A stretch of DNA of 64,000 nt from Phoronis australis (GCA_002633005.1 NMRA01000087.1:62001-126000); one strand, 5' to 3'; shown: positions 26,801 through 42,600, counted from the first letter of the stretch. Notes: generated by a model not told the origin, from the sequence alone. Translations and numbers: made by a program.

Positions 26801-29800
26801 AAGAACAAGAAAATAATTCCTAAGAAATTGGCTGTGCCAGATTAGCATATTCTTACATTACATGAAGGTTTTTGGCCAGCCACCTGACACCCAAACTTTC
26901 AACAGGCATTACCACCCAACAACTCATCTTCCTCCTATTTTTATTGCAGAATTAAAATTGGCGGAATTCCTTCCATCCTGGCCACCTGTCTCTCCATCCA
27001 GACGCAGACTCCTCAGTCCAGTTAAATTAAAGTTAAATGGCCAGTACAGTGCTGCTGACCTCAACAGACAGACAAATGGACATTAGATAGGGACTGGCCA
27101 GATTCAATTACACCATTCAGAAGAAGAGTCAATGAACAATCACTTAAAGTATTTCACTCAATTTCACTCAATAAACATAAGGGATCAACAAACAGTAGCA
27201 ATAATAGGAGCCCTGCCTTTCATCATGGGTGGTGAAACTAACAATCTAAAGCTACAGATACCCAAAGTTTAAAACACTTAGTATTGAACCGTTATCAGAT
27301 TTTTAGGATTTATTCTTTAGCATAAATATACACTGCGGACTCTCTGGTGACCAGTTGATCACCAATTTCCTCTACAGCCTTTGAACGTTAGAGCAAAAAA
27401 ATGAATGTGATTTGGTACTACCTGTCTTATGGGAAAAAATCTGGAAATAAGGTTCCACATATCTGCCATATTGGGTCAAAAATTGGTAATGGTCGGATAT
27501 AATGTGCCCACAGTTCGAGAACCAGTTTTTTCCACTTAATGACAGGCATCAAACTGGTTCTCAAAATACGGGCATGTTATATCTGGCTATTGCCCGAAAA
27601 TTGGTGACATTTTGCCATCCTTGCAACTGCCAGGCTGAAGTGCAGCTGAAGTGTTGAACCCTCCAAATCTTAATTATATATTTACAATTTATTTTCTCCA
27701 ATCTCCTAAAATTGAACGTTAAAGGTTAGCAAATTACGCTGGTCTTTCCAAATACAAGTCAGAAGGTGTGATACTGTTACATCGCCACCACCAAGTGGTC
27801 CTAGGTTCCAACATACAGAGGCAGGAGCTGGAACATGTGTTAATATATAAACATCATACATCAAGTCTTATCATCTTTATAGTAGGAGAGTAATTACTGG
27901 TATTTCTGGTATCCCTAGTCCAAACCAAACTGGGACAGTTGTATATGCCTAAGTATCCACACATATTTCTTAGATGTTTACAAGATGGAATACTATAAAC
28001 TTGGGTGTAACCCTGGACTATCATTCTAGAAGCTCCATGTTAACACCCAGCAGTCACCAGAATGTCCCCAAGACCAAAATCATTGGAGGATTACAACCTG
28101 CCAAAGAATGTGATAAGAAAAGTCTCAGGTAAACAACATGTCAAACCCTGTCTGGCCAACACACTTTAACTAGAGGATTACTCAGTCTTACGTGGAATGA
28201 GTCAAGAACAGCAGGTTTGGAAAAACATAAATTGATAAAATTGGAAGTTACTGCAAACGCTGCAATGTTCAAATCTTGCCAACTGTTGAATTAGGACTCA
28301 ACTTTTGCCACCAAAAATTTCTTCTCGGCTTATTTTTAGTGAGAAATGGGGTAAAATGAGATTCCAATTACTAATAAACGACAAATTTAGGCAACACTAT
28401 TTCATGAAAATTTATCACCAGATTATTGGAAGTAGTAAACGTTCCGTAAAAATTGTACAACTTCAGAGAAAAGGATAGTTACAATTGCCATTTTTCTATT
28501 TTCAAAAGCAAGTGCTCAAAATTATACCAACGATCACCATGGAAACCAGACTAAGGACAAAATCAATCATTTTTATTGTTGATGAGAATTATGATTAAAT
28601 AAAACCCTTATTCACCCACCACACTGTGCCATGTGACTAAATCTAGCAGTGACTGTGAACTTGACAACATCAACTGTCTTGCTGATTTTTATTTGCCCCG
28701 GAGGACTAGTGTCACGCAAACCAATGGTTGGCTTTGCCAGTTCCCTCTCTCGTTTGATATGTCACGCACAATACAATCCTCCACCATGAAACCTTGTTAA
28801 AAACCACCAAGCTTTCAAGTGTTCTTGGAAGGCGAAACCAACTGGTAAATCACCAATAGTTTGCATTGAATTCATCAAAAGGAAAAGATGAGTGACATTA
28901 AGCAGGGGATGATGTATTCAATCAGGCTGTGTAGAGTGCTGGAACAAGACAGTGGGAGGTCTAACTGTAGTCATGAGACTAGATTGAAGTGTTATTACCT
29001 GCTGGCAGATAGATATCTATCACATTCATAGGCAATAATAGACTGAATGTCCCAGGTTACAGTGTGTGAACTGAAGTAAGAACTGGGAAGTCCAGAAATG
29101 ATGAAGACACCCAGCGTTAACACTAAACAAGACCAGCGAACAAACAGGACAGTGAACTATTTCAATTCTATTACCATTGATATTTTCATGCAAATAAATT
29201 TGAATACCCAATAGCAGAGTGTCGCGGTGTAGCCCCTTAAATTAAAAAGGGAATTTTTCAATCCCAAGAGACATCGTATTAAAAAAAACTTGACACTTAA
29301 CAAACACCAGGGATCAATTAAAAAACCTACAAGCAAACAGACCCAAAATTACCGTAATCCTGGGGGTATATTTACCAAGTGACCACTTCTCGTTTTTGCC
29401 AAACAAACACAATGCCACTGCAAACATTTGAGGAGATCGTTTGGTTAATTAGAATACAACACCTGTTTCATCACATTCTAAATACCAAGTTGCCTCCAAA
29501 AATAACTATAACTATGATCCATTTCACATTTTCCTGTCTATGTTACTTTGTAAGCAATAGTTGGGTTGACATCCGTCGGTAACCAACACGGTAAAAATCT
29601 CCAGTGATTTTGGCATTCATCATTTTACTAAAATATCAGACATTGTGTTTTGTATCAATAGAGAACACAAATAGACTTGGCAGTTCCTAAAATACTACAA
29701 AATAGGTACCGATGCGATGTTATCATGCAACCCCAAATTGCCTAAAATCGAGGCAACTGGTCCCATGACGTCAATCAAAATTCTTGAATTTGAAACACCC

Positions 29801-32800
29801 AGTATTGGCTATTTCTAAAGTTTGGCACAAGCTGCAATCTTGAGCAAAATAATCAAATTTTCCACTGACCCAAATTGGAGAATGTCTACCGTAGTAAGAT
29901 GAGGTAAATATGAAAACATAACTGCATTCTTTTAGTCATTCATTTATCATTTTTGTTCTTTATAACTGGATTCTTTTAGCCATTTATTTGCCATTTTTTG
30001 TTTTGTGCTGTTATAAACAATTGGGCAACTGAGTGACTCAATATTGTATTACTAACGGAAAAAACGAAGTAAAATTAATGCAGGTATCGACACCCAAGTT
30101 AAACTGTTTACGCCATACATGATGATAACTAGGCAAACATCTTAGTCATGCTACAACCGTATAAAATAAAGAAGTCTTTCACCGCAATAAAAAACAAGGA
30201 TGGCACCATGAGTGGAGTTATGTTCAAGTATTTTCTGGTGTCAAAAATTGAAATTGATAACAAAAATACATTGCCCAGTGGTTCTACTGGTTGGGTGGGT
30301 AAAACTAACCGACTGTGACAAGCTAGTCGTGGGCCTGATCTGCAGCAGTAAAGGACTGACAGTTGTTCTCAAGTCTGGAAATCATTTCTACTGTGAGTTA
30401 AGGGCAAGATGAGGTAGATGTTATCAACGTAAATTGGTTGGAACAAAAGTTGCTTGACAGAGGGCGAGGGTTTATCAACACTTTAACACCTCTTTTTTCT
30501 GTTAGCCTACCTGGCATTAGTAATATTTTAATGAGTTTGCAAAAAAAACTACTGAAAGTCTCAATATTCAGGGAAAACGTGGTAAAGTATACTAATGACT
30601 GTGACCTCACACATTAAGAATTCTCAGGCGGCGACATAACGGATTTCTGAACAGGGTGATCTGCGATATCAGTCTAGTTAGCGGGCAGAGCTAGGGCACC
30701 GCATACCTGAGTAGCCATGTTCTGATAATTAACAGGTCTGATAGGTTTAGCACATCAGGCCAGTTGGCTCATTTATTCAAACCTAGTCCACTTAACAACA
30801 CTGTTATCGCCCTCTCCAACACAATACCGGAGTATGTGCAACTTACAGCCAAGTCTGTACAAATGTAAACTTCCTACAATATCTTCACAACCACTTCCAA
30901 ATGGTGATGAAAACGTGGCAGACTGAAGTAAAACTGTGATCACACAATGGCTGTTGCCATGACCATTACCATGACAATCAGACCTTCAAAGTTCAGTGAT
31001 TGTAATTTAGATCTCCAGGCAACGCATTTTTTGCAACAGACAAAAAAGCTTTTGTTTGATGCGATAAGAGGTTTCTTGGTTAACAGCTAATAAAATTTAG
31101 AAACTTGTTCACCAACTTCAATGCTGATACTGTTAAAGTAAAGAGACTACTGATGTGATGTATAATCTAAATCCAAACGGTATCTAACCCTTTGCCTTAT
31201 CACAGGTAACTTAGTGGAAAACACTCAAGACTGCATCTACCGGAAATACATAATAATGTATGCTAAGTTAATTTCAATTCATTAATAACTCTACATCAAA
31301 GTTTTTAAACACCGAAATAGAATACATCAATTACAGACTAATTTCAGATAAACATAACAGACTAAAATATAGTTTTTCTGTATTTCAGAGGCTGGTTACT
31401 TTGCTACTAATAAAGGAAACTTTGCGAAATGCTGTTTTGTGATATCTACATTGTACGAACTGAACCAATATCTTATCTACAGTATATATCTTTATATATA
31501 TGTACCTAAGTGCACCTATATGTATATAATTAAGTTGAGAAATGTGTCACTATATGTAAGAACAAATTTTGACACCATGTGAGAAACAAATTTGATCAGC
31601 TTAATCCAGCTGGCATCTAATCCATAAACAATTATCACTTATATGTAAGTCACTTAAATTTTCCATGTGAATTCCAAGTATGAAACAGAGGCCCCGTTTC
31701 ATGAAATGTAACTTTTAAGAAATTTTACTATCCACTCACACTTTGGTATTATAGAATAAAGTTTCAATTAAATTGTAACCAAATCACTGTTTTGCAATAA
31801 TAGTCCTTGCAAATTATATGTATAATTATCACATTAGAACATTCTCAGAGACTTTAGTGCCGTTTACACGGATCAGCTGACATTGAACGAGTTGTTCCAG
31901 TGTGTAAATGGACTGACACGGAGCAAATTGACACCGCGGTGACAAATTTTGCCACCCCTTTGTGAGGTAGAGTAATTTGCACCCGAACATCTTGCTCCGT
32001 GTCAATTATATGTCTAAACCTGAAACTGGGGCAAGGCAGAAAGGATCATCTCTACTGTGCTTGCCTAATGACCTACGTACGGGTTCTTTGTCTCTGCAAC
32101 TCTCGTCATTTGTAAACCTGCGCATGTGCGATCCAGTCTTTCCAGCCTGCAATTTCCATCTTGCCACAGTTAGCGAGTTGTGTGTGTAAACGGCCGCTTG
32201 ACACGGGTCAATTTGCTGCGTGTCAGTTGCGATGGGCCAAAAGTTGATGTCTAAACGGGACTTTTGTAACTTAAGAAAGTAAGCTTAAGACATTTTCTTA
32301 AAATAGTTGTGTTGAGGGCAAGACATTCTGACTATAGTCTGAAATCAGTTTTAATGAAACAGACACCTGGGAGTTGGACAGTGTCACACTACAAAGGTTC
32401 TCTCAACACAGCAGCATGACTGCAAACAGCAGGTGGCAACATGTGATCACTGGTCAAAACCAAATGGCCAGCACACAGCTCCACACGGTGTTGAAGAGTG
32501 GAGACATTAAAAAGAGTGAAGTAAGTGACTGGTGCCATGACTAAAATGATAATCATTTAAGGGATATTTCGATCGGTAACCCGCTGTCTTCATCACTCTG
32601 TGGGTGGCATTGCCGTCCTCTGGATGAGTCCAGGGCCCTTGTTAATTCAAGGGGAAAGGCGTCGGTTCCTTCTGAGAGCGTAATTTGGTGAGGGAAAAAT
32701 TCTACCTCTCAAGAGTCCCGATCATCATCAATAGCATCCCCCACACTGTTGCAAGACCTCATACGCTCTGCCTCAAGTAACTAACTTTTTGCACTCTTTC

Positions 32801-35800
32801 GAATTGTTACTTGTGTGAGTTGCAAGTGATTCGAGTCTCGAGGAGAATTTTTCAATTATTTGAGGGGAACTGGGCCTCATGAGAAGAATTGAAAGTCAAT
32901 CTGGCAACCATCAACACGGTGGGCACAAGAAACTGCCACAGGCTGGAGCCAGAATGCTACTTCCTGACTAGTGCAGTGTTTCAAACAGAATCTAGTGCTA
33001 ACTCCTGCAGGCTAGTTACTTCGAACTAATGAAATACTAAAATAACAGACAATTGCAACCAATTACATTAATCAATTAATTAACAAGTTCCTCTTAAGGT
33101 GGGGGTAAAATTTTCTTCAGGCTATAAACAGTTCTAAGGTGGCTCAAAGAAACAAAGCAACCCATAAACCATAACCAGGTGTCTGACATAGTTGTACAGG
33201 TGATGTATACTCTTTCATTTATGCTAATTAGTCTTCTTCACCATGACAGTTAGGTTCAGTGAGGACTTGACAGCTGGGCTGAAACAAATTCCTAACTTCC
33301 GACAGACCTATCAATATTTATATTCGCACTCAATCCAAGCATATAAACTGAAAAGAACTTCCATACCATACTTCATATTTTCAGTGACAGTCACTCAAAA
33401 GAGCATTTTTGCCAGACAGAAAAGCTGTCTGCAAAGGAATCACTTCCACTAGCAGCTAGTTTCCTCACCACCTGATTAACTTTTACGCAAGACAAAGCAT
33501 GTTCACGTTCTGCCCTAAATTAAATAATGCGACAAAGAACAAAGGAGTCTTATGCCTAGTCATGAGCATCCTTTGAAGTATATAATTGGTGCATTACAAA
33601 AGTGATAGCGAAACCCAGCAGTTTTAGGATAACACAAACTGCCAGCAAAATGACAGCAAAGGTGGCACTTAAACTGCTAGATAGAACTTACAGTACTAGC
33701 AGAAGCGCCAGAAATTGTCTGATACATAACTTACCTGCATATTGAGAACCAATTGATGCTGGTTATTTGGGGGAGAAAACTGGTTCTTAAAATGCGGGCA
33801 GATTATACCAAACAATTATCTACGCTTCTGTTAGTACTGAAAGTATAGTGTTTTAGACAGTGTTTGAAGGGGTATATTTATGTGCCATCCACACAAAGAC
33901 TTACCATAAAATGAGTTACTTCTGGAACGAGTTGTTACTAGGTTTGGAGGCTGTGTGGACAGCCGGATGCTATTTAAACTAGCGCTAATTACCCCACTTG
34001 TGACAACTTACTCCATCTTATCGAGGTAGGGTAACTTGCCCCACTTTAAATTCCTCTGTCATCGCAAACCTGAGGCAAGGCGGAAGAAATTATCAGCTGT
34101 AGTTACATACAGACGGGTTTTCTGTTGCGTTCGTATTTGCATTAGGTGTTCATTGTCGCGCACAGAGCAACAATTTCCGCCTTACCTTTGTTCTCGTATA
34201 TGTGTGTGTGGACGCTCCACTTAATACTGAGGCAAGTTGCACTACTGCAAGTTGTTCTAGGGTAGAATATCTGTATGGGCGCTCCACTTAAGTGGGGTAA
34301 GTTGCACTAGAGCAAAATGTTCTAGGGTAGGCTGTGTGTGAACCAGGTTTCACATGACTCACTAACATCCCTATTGGGCAACACTTGAACAACACATCTG
34401 AACAACAGCACAGGGGCTCTGTTTCCAAATATAAACAGAATTACAAGGCCTCCCCAGGGAGAAGTGTGTACATGTGTCTGTCTAAGTCAGCACTAGAGAG
34501 AGCACTGGTCACAAACTGGCTACAATTCGCTTGTGAAAATATTGATCTATTCTGGCCTTAGATCTTGGTCAGTGGACTTGGACAAAGACATTGGCCAAGA
34601 AAAACAACAGTTGTAACTTGGGGGATCTGTGCCAATGAGCAACCTCTGACTGGGCTGACCACTAGCCTCCAATTAAGTCCAATATAAACAGTGTTGGTAT
34701 TGAGGGACCACAGGCAACTGTTGTTGATAGGTGGTCCTACAATACTAGTTGTGGATGAGGCATTGAGATTCTGTTATGACTGGCCACACAACGGCTCTTT
34801 GACCCTAACTTGCTCTTTTTGGGCCCTGGCCCCTGATACTTCTACACCAAATGAATATATGCAATTAATTGGTTTAAAAATTCCTTAACGACGGTTACTA
34901 ACGAACCCCATTCGAGGTAGGCTTACAACCCAAGGCTTCATGAAATATTGTAAATGTACTTGCACACTTTATGGAATACATTTCCATGGATACGATGGGA
35001 CTCCATGGACTTGAGAGTTGTCTCTGGTCTACGTGAGAAGATACGAATGAATGTAGGATTCAAATTCATAACTGAAATCTTTTGTTGTTTCCCAATTACC
35101 AAATCTGCGGTCTATCAAACATTCCCTTGCCTATCCTTTTAACTCCTCTTCGCTATGCAACATTGGACCTATCACTAGTTCTAGATATCAAGCACCAGAT
35201 GGCGAATTTGATTCACACATTCCATTGAATATGTGTGTTGCATGTCACGATTTCTAGCGATTACTTCGATTGGAGAGAATCTAACCTTTCTCACACCAAG
35301 GAAATTGCGCAGTTCCAGTTTAATCCACCTATTTCTGCATTGCAAAAGCTTTTCAAGTCCCGTATAACGCTTGTAGCACTTTGCCACTGACCATGAGTTG
35401 GGCATTGATGGAAAAGAGACATTTGTGACCAGGCAGAGCATACTTTTAGTTTTAGTGTAAGTAGTCAAGAATCTTTTAGGTGTTCACAGGTGAGACTTTG
35501 CCAGATTAACTCTCAGGAATAGCTAATGTGATGACTACAGGACCTACCATATCAAGAGGGGGTGATGTAACACTAACAAGGGTGATGCTGTAACTTTAAC
35601 CAAAACATCACTTCCACTGCACATCAAATTCAATGTGTCGGTGCCACAGCTGTGATTAGAATATGTTATGCACCAACAACCAGAATAATTATTCAGTTAA
35701 CAAGAAGCTAAGCTCCCTGAACACAACATTAATCGACTATTATGACGCAGACACGCCAACTCACAGTTATCTCACAAGGGAATGTGACAGTTAGGCAATG

Positions 35801-36631
35801 GTCTCGCCAGAATCAATGTCGCTGTGTTCTGTAATTTGTCATGCAGACTTTTTAAGCATTTACATAATTATTTTGAACGAAATGTTGAAATGTCGACCAA
35901 TCAGATGAGCGATAACCCTCAGGGGAACACAGCCCAACCACAAGTTACATCATCAGACTATAGCTTTCTCATTGGAAGAAAGCAGACGTCTGCTGATGGA
36001 TTTAAGTGCAGGCCAACAAAACATTGTTCAAGCGTTCCAAGAGCTTCCATAAGTGACTTGTTTTTAGACCGTGGATCAGGTAGTGCATTTGCTTTCTTGT
36101 CAGGCGGCATATGAACGCTTTTGTAAAAAATCATGCAACTTCCAGCCAATAAAACTCACTACTCAGGAATAGAATGATTACAATTTTTACTTAAAGCATG
36201 TGAGTACCTACACTATGAAATTCAGGTTCACTGCGAAAAAGCAGGCAACCACACGCCAAAGCAGCCATTTCAATATTTCAGTTAAATAAAAATCTGACTA
36301 TCGCAGATGCCGCACTGTTGGTTGCGGTCACTCAAATTAATATGCCAAATATAAAAGTGAATGAAATTTTACGGAATACAAAATGGAAGTGTTTTCGAAT
36401 AATGAGTAATATCCACCTATATTGTTGTCAGTGTCTGAAGTCCCGTTTAAACAACAAAAGTTTACATGAATCTGCTGACACTAAATGAGATGATCTGGCG
36501 GCGCAAGTACATGTGTATACAGGACTGACATGGAGCAAATTGACCTGCCTGCCCACAACTTCCGCCTTGTCACCATTTCTGAGTTGTGTGTGTGCGTGCG
36601 TGCATGTGCATGTGTGCGTGTGCATGCATGC

Positions 36632-36664
<33 letters not shown>

Positions 36665-39600
36665 GCCGCTTGTTATTGATCATCTTGTGCCCTGTCAGTT
36701 GTGTGGAGTCAAAAGTTAATGTCTGAAAGGACTTAAGTCACACTGAAAAGGCTAACACATCCCAGTCATTGACTCAGGTGACCTATGACCCGTGAAACCA
36801 GACATTATAATGACAGTCCTGGTTCATAAAACTCCATCCATAGGACAATGAAAACTAGAGAGGAAGAAAATAAAAATGTCAACAATTAATAACCATCAAA
36901 CAGAAGTGTGATTAGTGAAAGACAATCAAATCCTGATCTAACAAATAAGGGTAAGCAATAGGGGTCACTCATGATAGCATGGTACATGGTTGTCAACAGG
37001 TGCTTGTCCAGGCTAAGAGGTCAGAAATCAAATTAAGCAGAATACCCACACCACTGATATAGTCTAACATGTAAAAATATGTGAAAAAACTTTTGAGCCT
37101 ATAGATTGCAATCCAGTTCACGACAGCAAAATTTACTTAAACAACAAGTTTTGTTCAAATTTTGTACATGAAAACGGCAACTACTGCGACCAGGCACAAA
37201 AACAGCTCAATCCTCCTCGCAACACCAGAACTTCTTGTCATTCCACGATAAGTCAGTAAGAGTAAAGTCACAAATTTGGTCTCACGCTTCACATAACTAT
37301 TTCTGAAAACCAAAAACAATTAAATCTCACTTCAGCAAAAGTGAGAATATAGACATTAGTTGTAGTTACTGAGATACTTTCTATCAAATATTTCTCGACT
37401 GATGCTCTCACAATTATATGGCTTAACCTTGTCCAACAACACTGAAGAGGGAGTGCGAGACCAAATATCCATCTCAAGTCTATACATAAGTCACTTTTCA
37501 GACACAGATCCCAGCACTTGGATTAAGTGTACCAATAGTGACCACTGAGGATCCTGTCACTTCCAGACAAAGGGTGCATAGTTTTGGGATAAGAGTGCCA
37601 AGTTATGCAGCTAGGTGCTATCAATACAGATAGTGTTAGTGCATATCAACACGGGCAATCAGTTGACGATGACAAAATGCTACTATGGATGATAACAAAG
37701 GTGTGCAAAGGTACGGGTGGGCGATGGGAACGTTAGACAACCGCGCTCTCGGGTTACTTTGCCATTCCGGGCTTCGCCAGCTTCAGTTGGCTAACATAGT
37801 GGGTTCTGCTTGTTCAAATGAGAGTTTTGATTCCTTATTAAGTCGTAATGAACATAAATGAATAAGTATCAAAGGGACATTTATTCAAAGAGTTAATCAA
37901 TTATATTGCAATTGCTCTGGAGAAACTCTATCCACAAGCAATTATCACTAAATTTTGACTGGATAATTTGTGTACTAGCAAATCCTGTGTGACAGTGATC
38001 TCATTACCACAGACTAGTAAACATCAATAAGTTCATCTCTTAATTTCTGAGGTAGAAATGAAGGAAATCGCCTAACAGGTGGGTAAAAAGCTGAATGCTG
38101 GGAACTCAATAACTAATCAAAACCGCATCAGATTTTTTTGAACGCTGTAATTTACATTTCTGCGGTCGGCTAACTCGTGAACTCCGGGTAGCAATATTAG
38201 GAAAAGAAAAAACGTCATAACAATCAAACGAACAAGTGCACGGAAATTTACTAACAGACGACACCTCAAGGCTTTTTACAATACAAAGCGTTTTGTTCGC
38301 CTTTGCTTTTTGATCATAAACGCGATATAAAAACCTAATGGACAGCACTTCCTATGAACCAGTTCTTGGTTTTGTAAAACACGAAAATACCGTGCAAGGC
38401 ACACTGGAGATTGTCTAAGATAGCAATTGTGTCTGGAGGTAATCGCCCAGTGACCGTAAATCCCGTCAAAACACCAGACCAGACACTATGCCCCACTTTT
38501 GTAGACTGATTTTTGATAAATAATTTCAATACATTGCTTGAGTAACACGGTCAACCATTACAAACTACGTCTTATGTCACACCAGCTAACAGCTAACTAC
38601 CCTGTCACTGCGCATGAAAAACAGTTCAAAAGCTCAATTCAAAAATTGACGATTTTGAGTGATTCCTAGTAAACACAAAATTGTGTAACTAGGTCTTCTG
38701 AAAAATCATGACGCGTCTGGGCAGAAATGAAACGACACAAATGAGTCAACACAGCTAATTGTATAAAACAATAAGTCTTTTTTACTTTATAGCAGGCCAT
38801 CGAAAATAAGCTGTTTGACATTCCAGAACAAATAGTCCTGAATACAAAACATCCAGTGTGTGAACAACTAATTCATTTGTTGTCCTTGCTTGTTTATTCT
38901 TGCAACAGAAATTCAATCTCGGTGCAAGAAAGGAACTCGGTACCTCCTATGTAACAGGCAAACAGTTTTTTTCAATGAGTCCACGGTTGCCATTCTCTGT
39001 TTACCAATAGCGTTTGCGACACGTGCTCTGCTCTTGTGGGATTTCAATTCATTCTGGCAACAGTCCCAAGACTTTTAACGGAGTTGTGCCCACTCATTTT
39101 ATGATTACAACACATACCGTACTTGTCCCAGCCAACACCCACGTTCATCTTTAAGTCCACTACAAATTCACACAATCAAGGCCTCCTTGATTTTAATAAA
39201 AGTCTGTCTTATGTCAATTTCAGTTGCCATTCATCACGAAATTTGTTTACACATACTTTGAAACGAAAGCCAGATTTTCACCAACACTTTTGCCTAATTT
39301 CATGGGAAAACACATGTATTATTCAACTGCGTTTTATTTAACATAAATTTACCTCCCTAGGTATTTACACAAATCGACTGTCTGGATACACACGCAACTA
39401 AATTGTAAAAAATATTGGGTTTAAATAACCATGTTTGGTTACACGCCAACCTTCTGACATTGTAGTTTTCCCAATTTAAGCGCTCAGGGCACCGACACAG
39501 ACAACACAAGTATGGTGCATCAAAAGCCAACAATCCTTGTGACAACCTTTTAACAAATGATAGATGTCCTAATTTTTAGCTAGTTCAAAGACAGTGTCAA

Positions 39601-42600
39601 AATACATTAAAAACATCACTTTAAGTCCAACCAGAAAAGCAATGTCAAAGCTTTAGCTAAGTAAACCACTGGTGTCAAACTTAAGTCCTTGGGCGTTGGC
39701 CTAGACAGGCCGTTATTGAGATCAGACATTCTGGAACAACAAACTATATGAACAGAAATATTTTTGAGTTACCCATTCTGAGAAAACGTATTACAAAAAA
39801 TAATTTAATGTGATAAAAATTGCTATAGCTCCTCTGACCTACAAATGTATTCAAATCAAATGAGGTACGGTAAAGTCTCACCAGTTTCATATAAAAATAA
39901 TCGCCAAAGTTGGCTTTTTTCATTTTTCAAGACCTAAGATTTTTTTCAAATTATTGTCTGTTGGTTGCCATGGCAAAGAACTTCAACAAGCACCAGTGCT
40001 TGGAGGAAGACATTAACACGCTAAAGTCTTCATGGTGCTAAGAATATGCTGTTGAAAATATCAGAAAACAAAACTTCACTAGTCTGCCACACCGCGCCCA
40101 AAGATAGATTTTACAGTAAGTAATCCTGTTTGCTTGGAATAAATTTTGACTGAAGGATACTTCAAGTTTGAATAATTCACCAATGAAACATGAAACATCA
40201 TGAAAACTAATCAGTCAAGGTCTTAACTCATTTAGGACCATATATTGTCAGTTATCCAACAGTCTGCAGTGTTGCCCTTGGCCAAGCTCCAGGGCCTGGA
40301 AAACTGACCGCCAGACATAAAGCCAGTTAAGGTTTGGCTCAAAAATTGTTTTTATCAGTACTTACCAGTTGATACCAACTCACTAATTTTGATTAATGAG
40401 CATTTGTAAACCTACTTCATAACGGTAACTGATCTAAATCAAAACATGTTTTTGGCAGAAACCACGGGTTTATGCCACTTTAAACCCCAAGTGTAAGTTC
40501 AAACCCCCTAGCCAACTTACAAGCATTAACTCCAGCCACTATCAAGTGAGCTTTTTTCTAATACATATTTCCGAGGTCACTTTAATGGACATCAGTAATG
40601 TGGGACATATCACTAAGCCCTGGTGTATGCATACACAATAGAGTGTCTGGACCATCCACTAAGTCACATCATAGCTCTTACCTGGGAAACCCCTCAAACA
40701 CAAACAGTGCGACCTTGTCTAGAGCATGGTATGATGTGATCGCGTGACTTAAGAGCAATAACACTAGCGATAATAGAGCAGAACCACTGGACTCACGACC
40801 ACACCTGAATTATAACACTTGTATAAAAACTAAACCTGTACTCGCTTACGAGTTATGAATCAAGATGTTTGGCAGTTTTCAGTTCTAACATTCCAAAAAA
40901 TCAACAACATTTCTTGAACTTCGACGTAAGGTGCTAGAACTTATTCCATGATATAGTAGTTGGGTGAAAAAAGCATGTTTTTTATTACGATATTCAACGA
41001 TGAAAGATATAAACGAGAAAGTTATTTTGAAAAACAGAATGGTTCAGCAACATTTCCTCTTATACACAAAACGAGTGGGAGACATAACAATGCTGTCTGT
41101 TTACACCATAAATGCATGCTTTTTATAGGAATTTAACCAGCATTCATGTTGCAGTCAACACTAGGTGTCTCTCTACAAATCTGAAACATCACCAATAAAC
41201 TGCTTATATTAAATTTTAGATCATTTCACATACACCACACACAGGAACAGATTTTTTGGGAGCAGTAGCAGCCTAAGGAAAACACTATACTTCCTAACCT
41301 ATATTCAGAATTAGCTTCTAATGACAGAGTGAGCAGAAATTAGACACCTAATTAGGAGAGATTGGAATTCTAATTTAGGGAAGACCAACATTAAGGTTGA
41401 CAATCGTGTGTGAAGCTCTTTTATATACCAAAGTCAACGTGTCTATATTTTGGGGAGTGTTGGTTAAAAACAGTTCCTCTCGGTCCTGGATTGAAGTTAA
41501 CAGAGAAAGTTACATTAAAAGTAAAAAATTGGATTTAACAGCGGAGAGGGAACATCATAAACGGTTGACTTTGGTGTCATCCGAATTATTGGCAAGTGTT
41601 GCTGTCAATAACAATACGTGTTGTGTGGTATTACGATGATTCTTCGCACATTTAACACAGAATATGGGAACAAGTAAAATCCTCTTTTACCAAATTCCGC
41701 AATAAAAATAAACAGCAAGAAATTTTCCTAAGAATTATCAGAGTTTGTGCTGTGTAGGTGTTATAAAACAAGAGAAGTTTCCAATAGTTATAACAACGTA
41801 ATGAGCCTGTGATCAGTGGGAAAAATGAAAATGATGGCAATTATTTTCGTGCAAATTAAGAAGACATTAATTGTAGTACGTAGTTGATTCACCATCCTAC
41901 TAAATTTGATTAATAACCCCCATGGCATGTAAAAAACTTCAAATACAGAAAATTCCGCCTACATCTTGTTTTCAGGGCGCCATCCTGCAATAACTTCGGA
42001 CTACCCACACCACTGCAGGAATGCTGAAACTACCAGACTCTCTTCAATGAAGCTGTTATGCTTCCTAGACCAAAGGCTAGACCAAATTCTCAGTCCGTGC
42101 AGTGGGCTTTAAAATCCTCAAGCATCTGTTTCACAATATCACATAGAAGTGAGGGCAAATTAAATAAGTTGGTTGCAGACATCAAACTAAAATATGGTCA
42201 CAGTCAAATGTCAATTGGATATAAACTAGTCGCAATTTACAGTCAATTTTCAGTTATCACAAATGCCAAACAAGCTTTTCCTGGTTTGAGCACAAATGGA
42301 GCCAAATGTCAATAGCTAAGGAAAAAGTTATCAAACTCATCTTGGGTGAACACTCAGGACATTTAAGGTAAAATGTCACCAAGTCTGGACAAAACCAATT
42401 ACCAAAAATTCCTGTTTTCATTTTCCAATGGTTTCTTATGTTGTTATGAATGCCCACAATTTTTCAAACTGTTGTCCAATAGTAGCCCTGGTACAAAACT
42501 TGAACATGGAAAAACATTTGATAACAGCAGGTGCAACATATCTTTTATGAAACAGTAAACAAACAGAATTTCACGTGTGGGCCATATTGTGTCCTAAATT

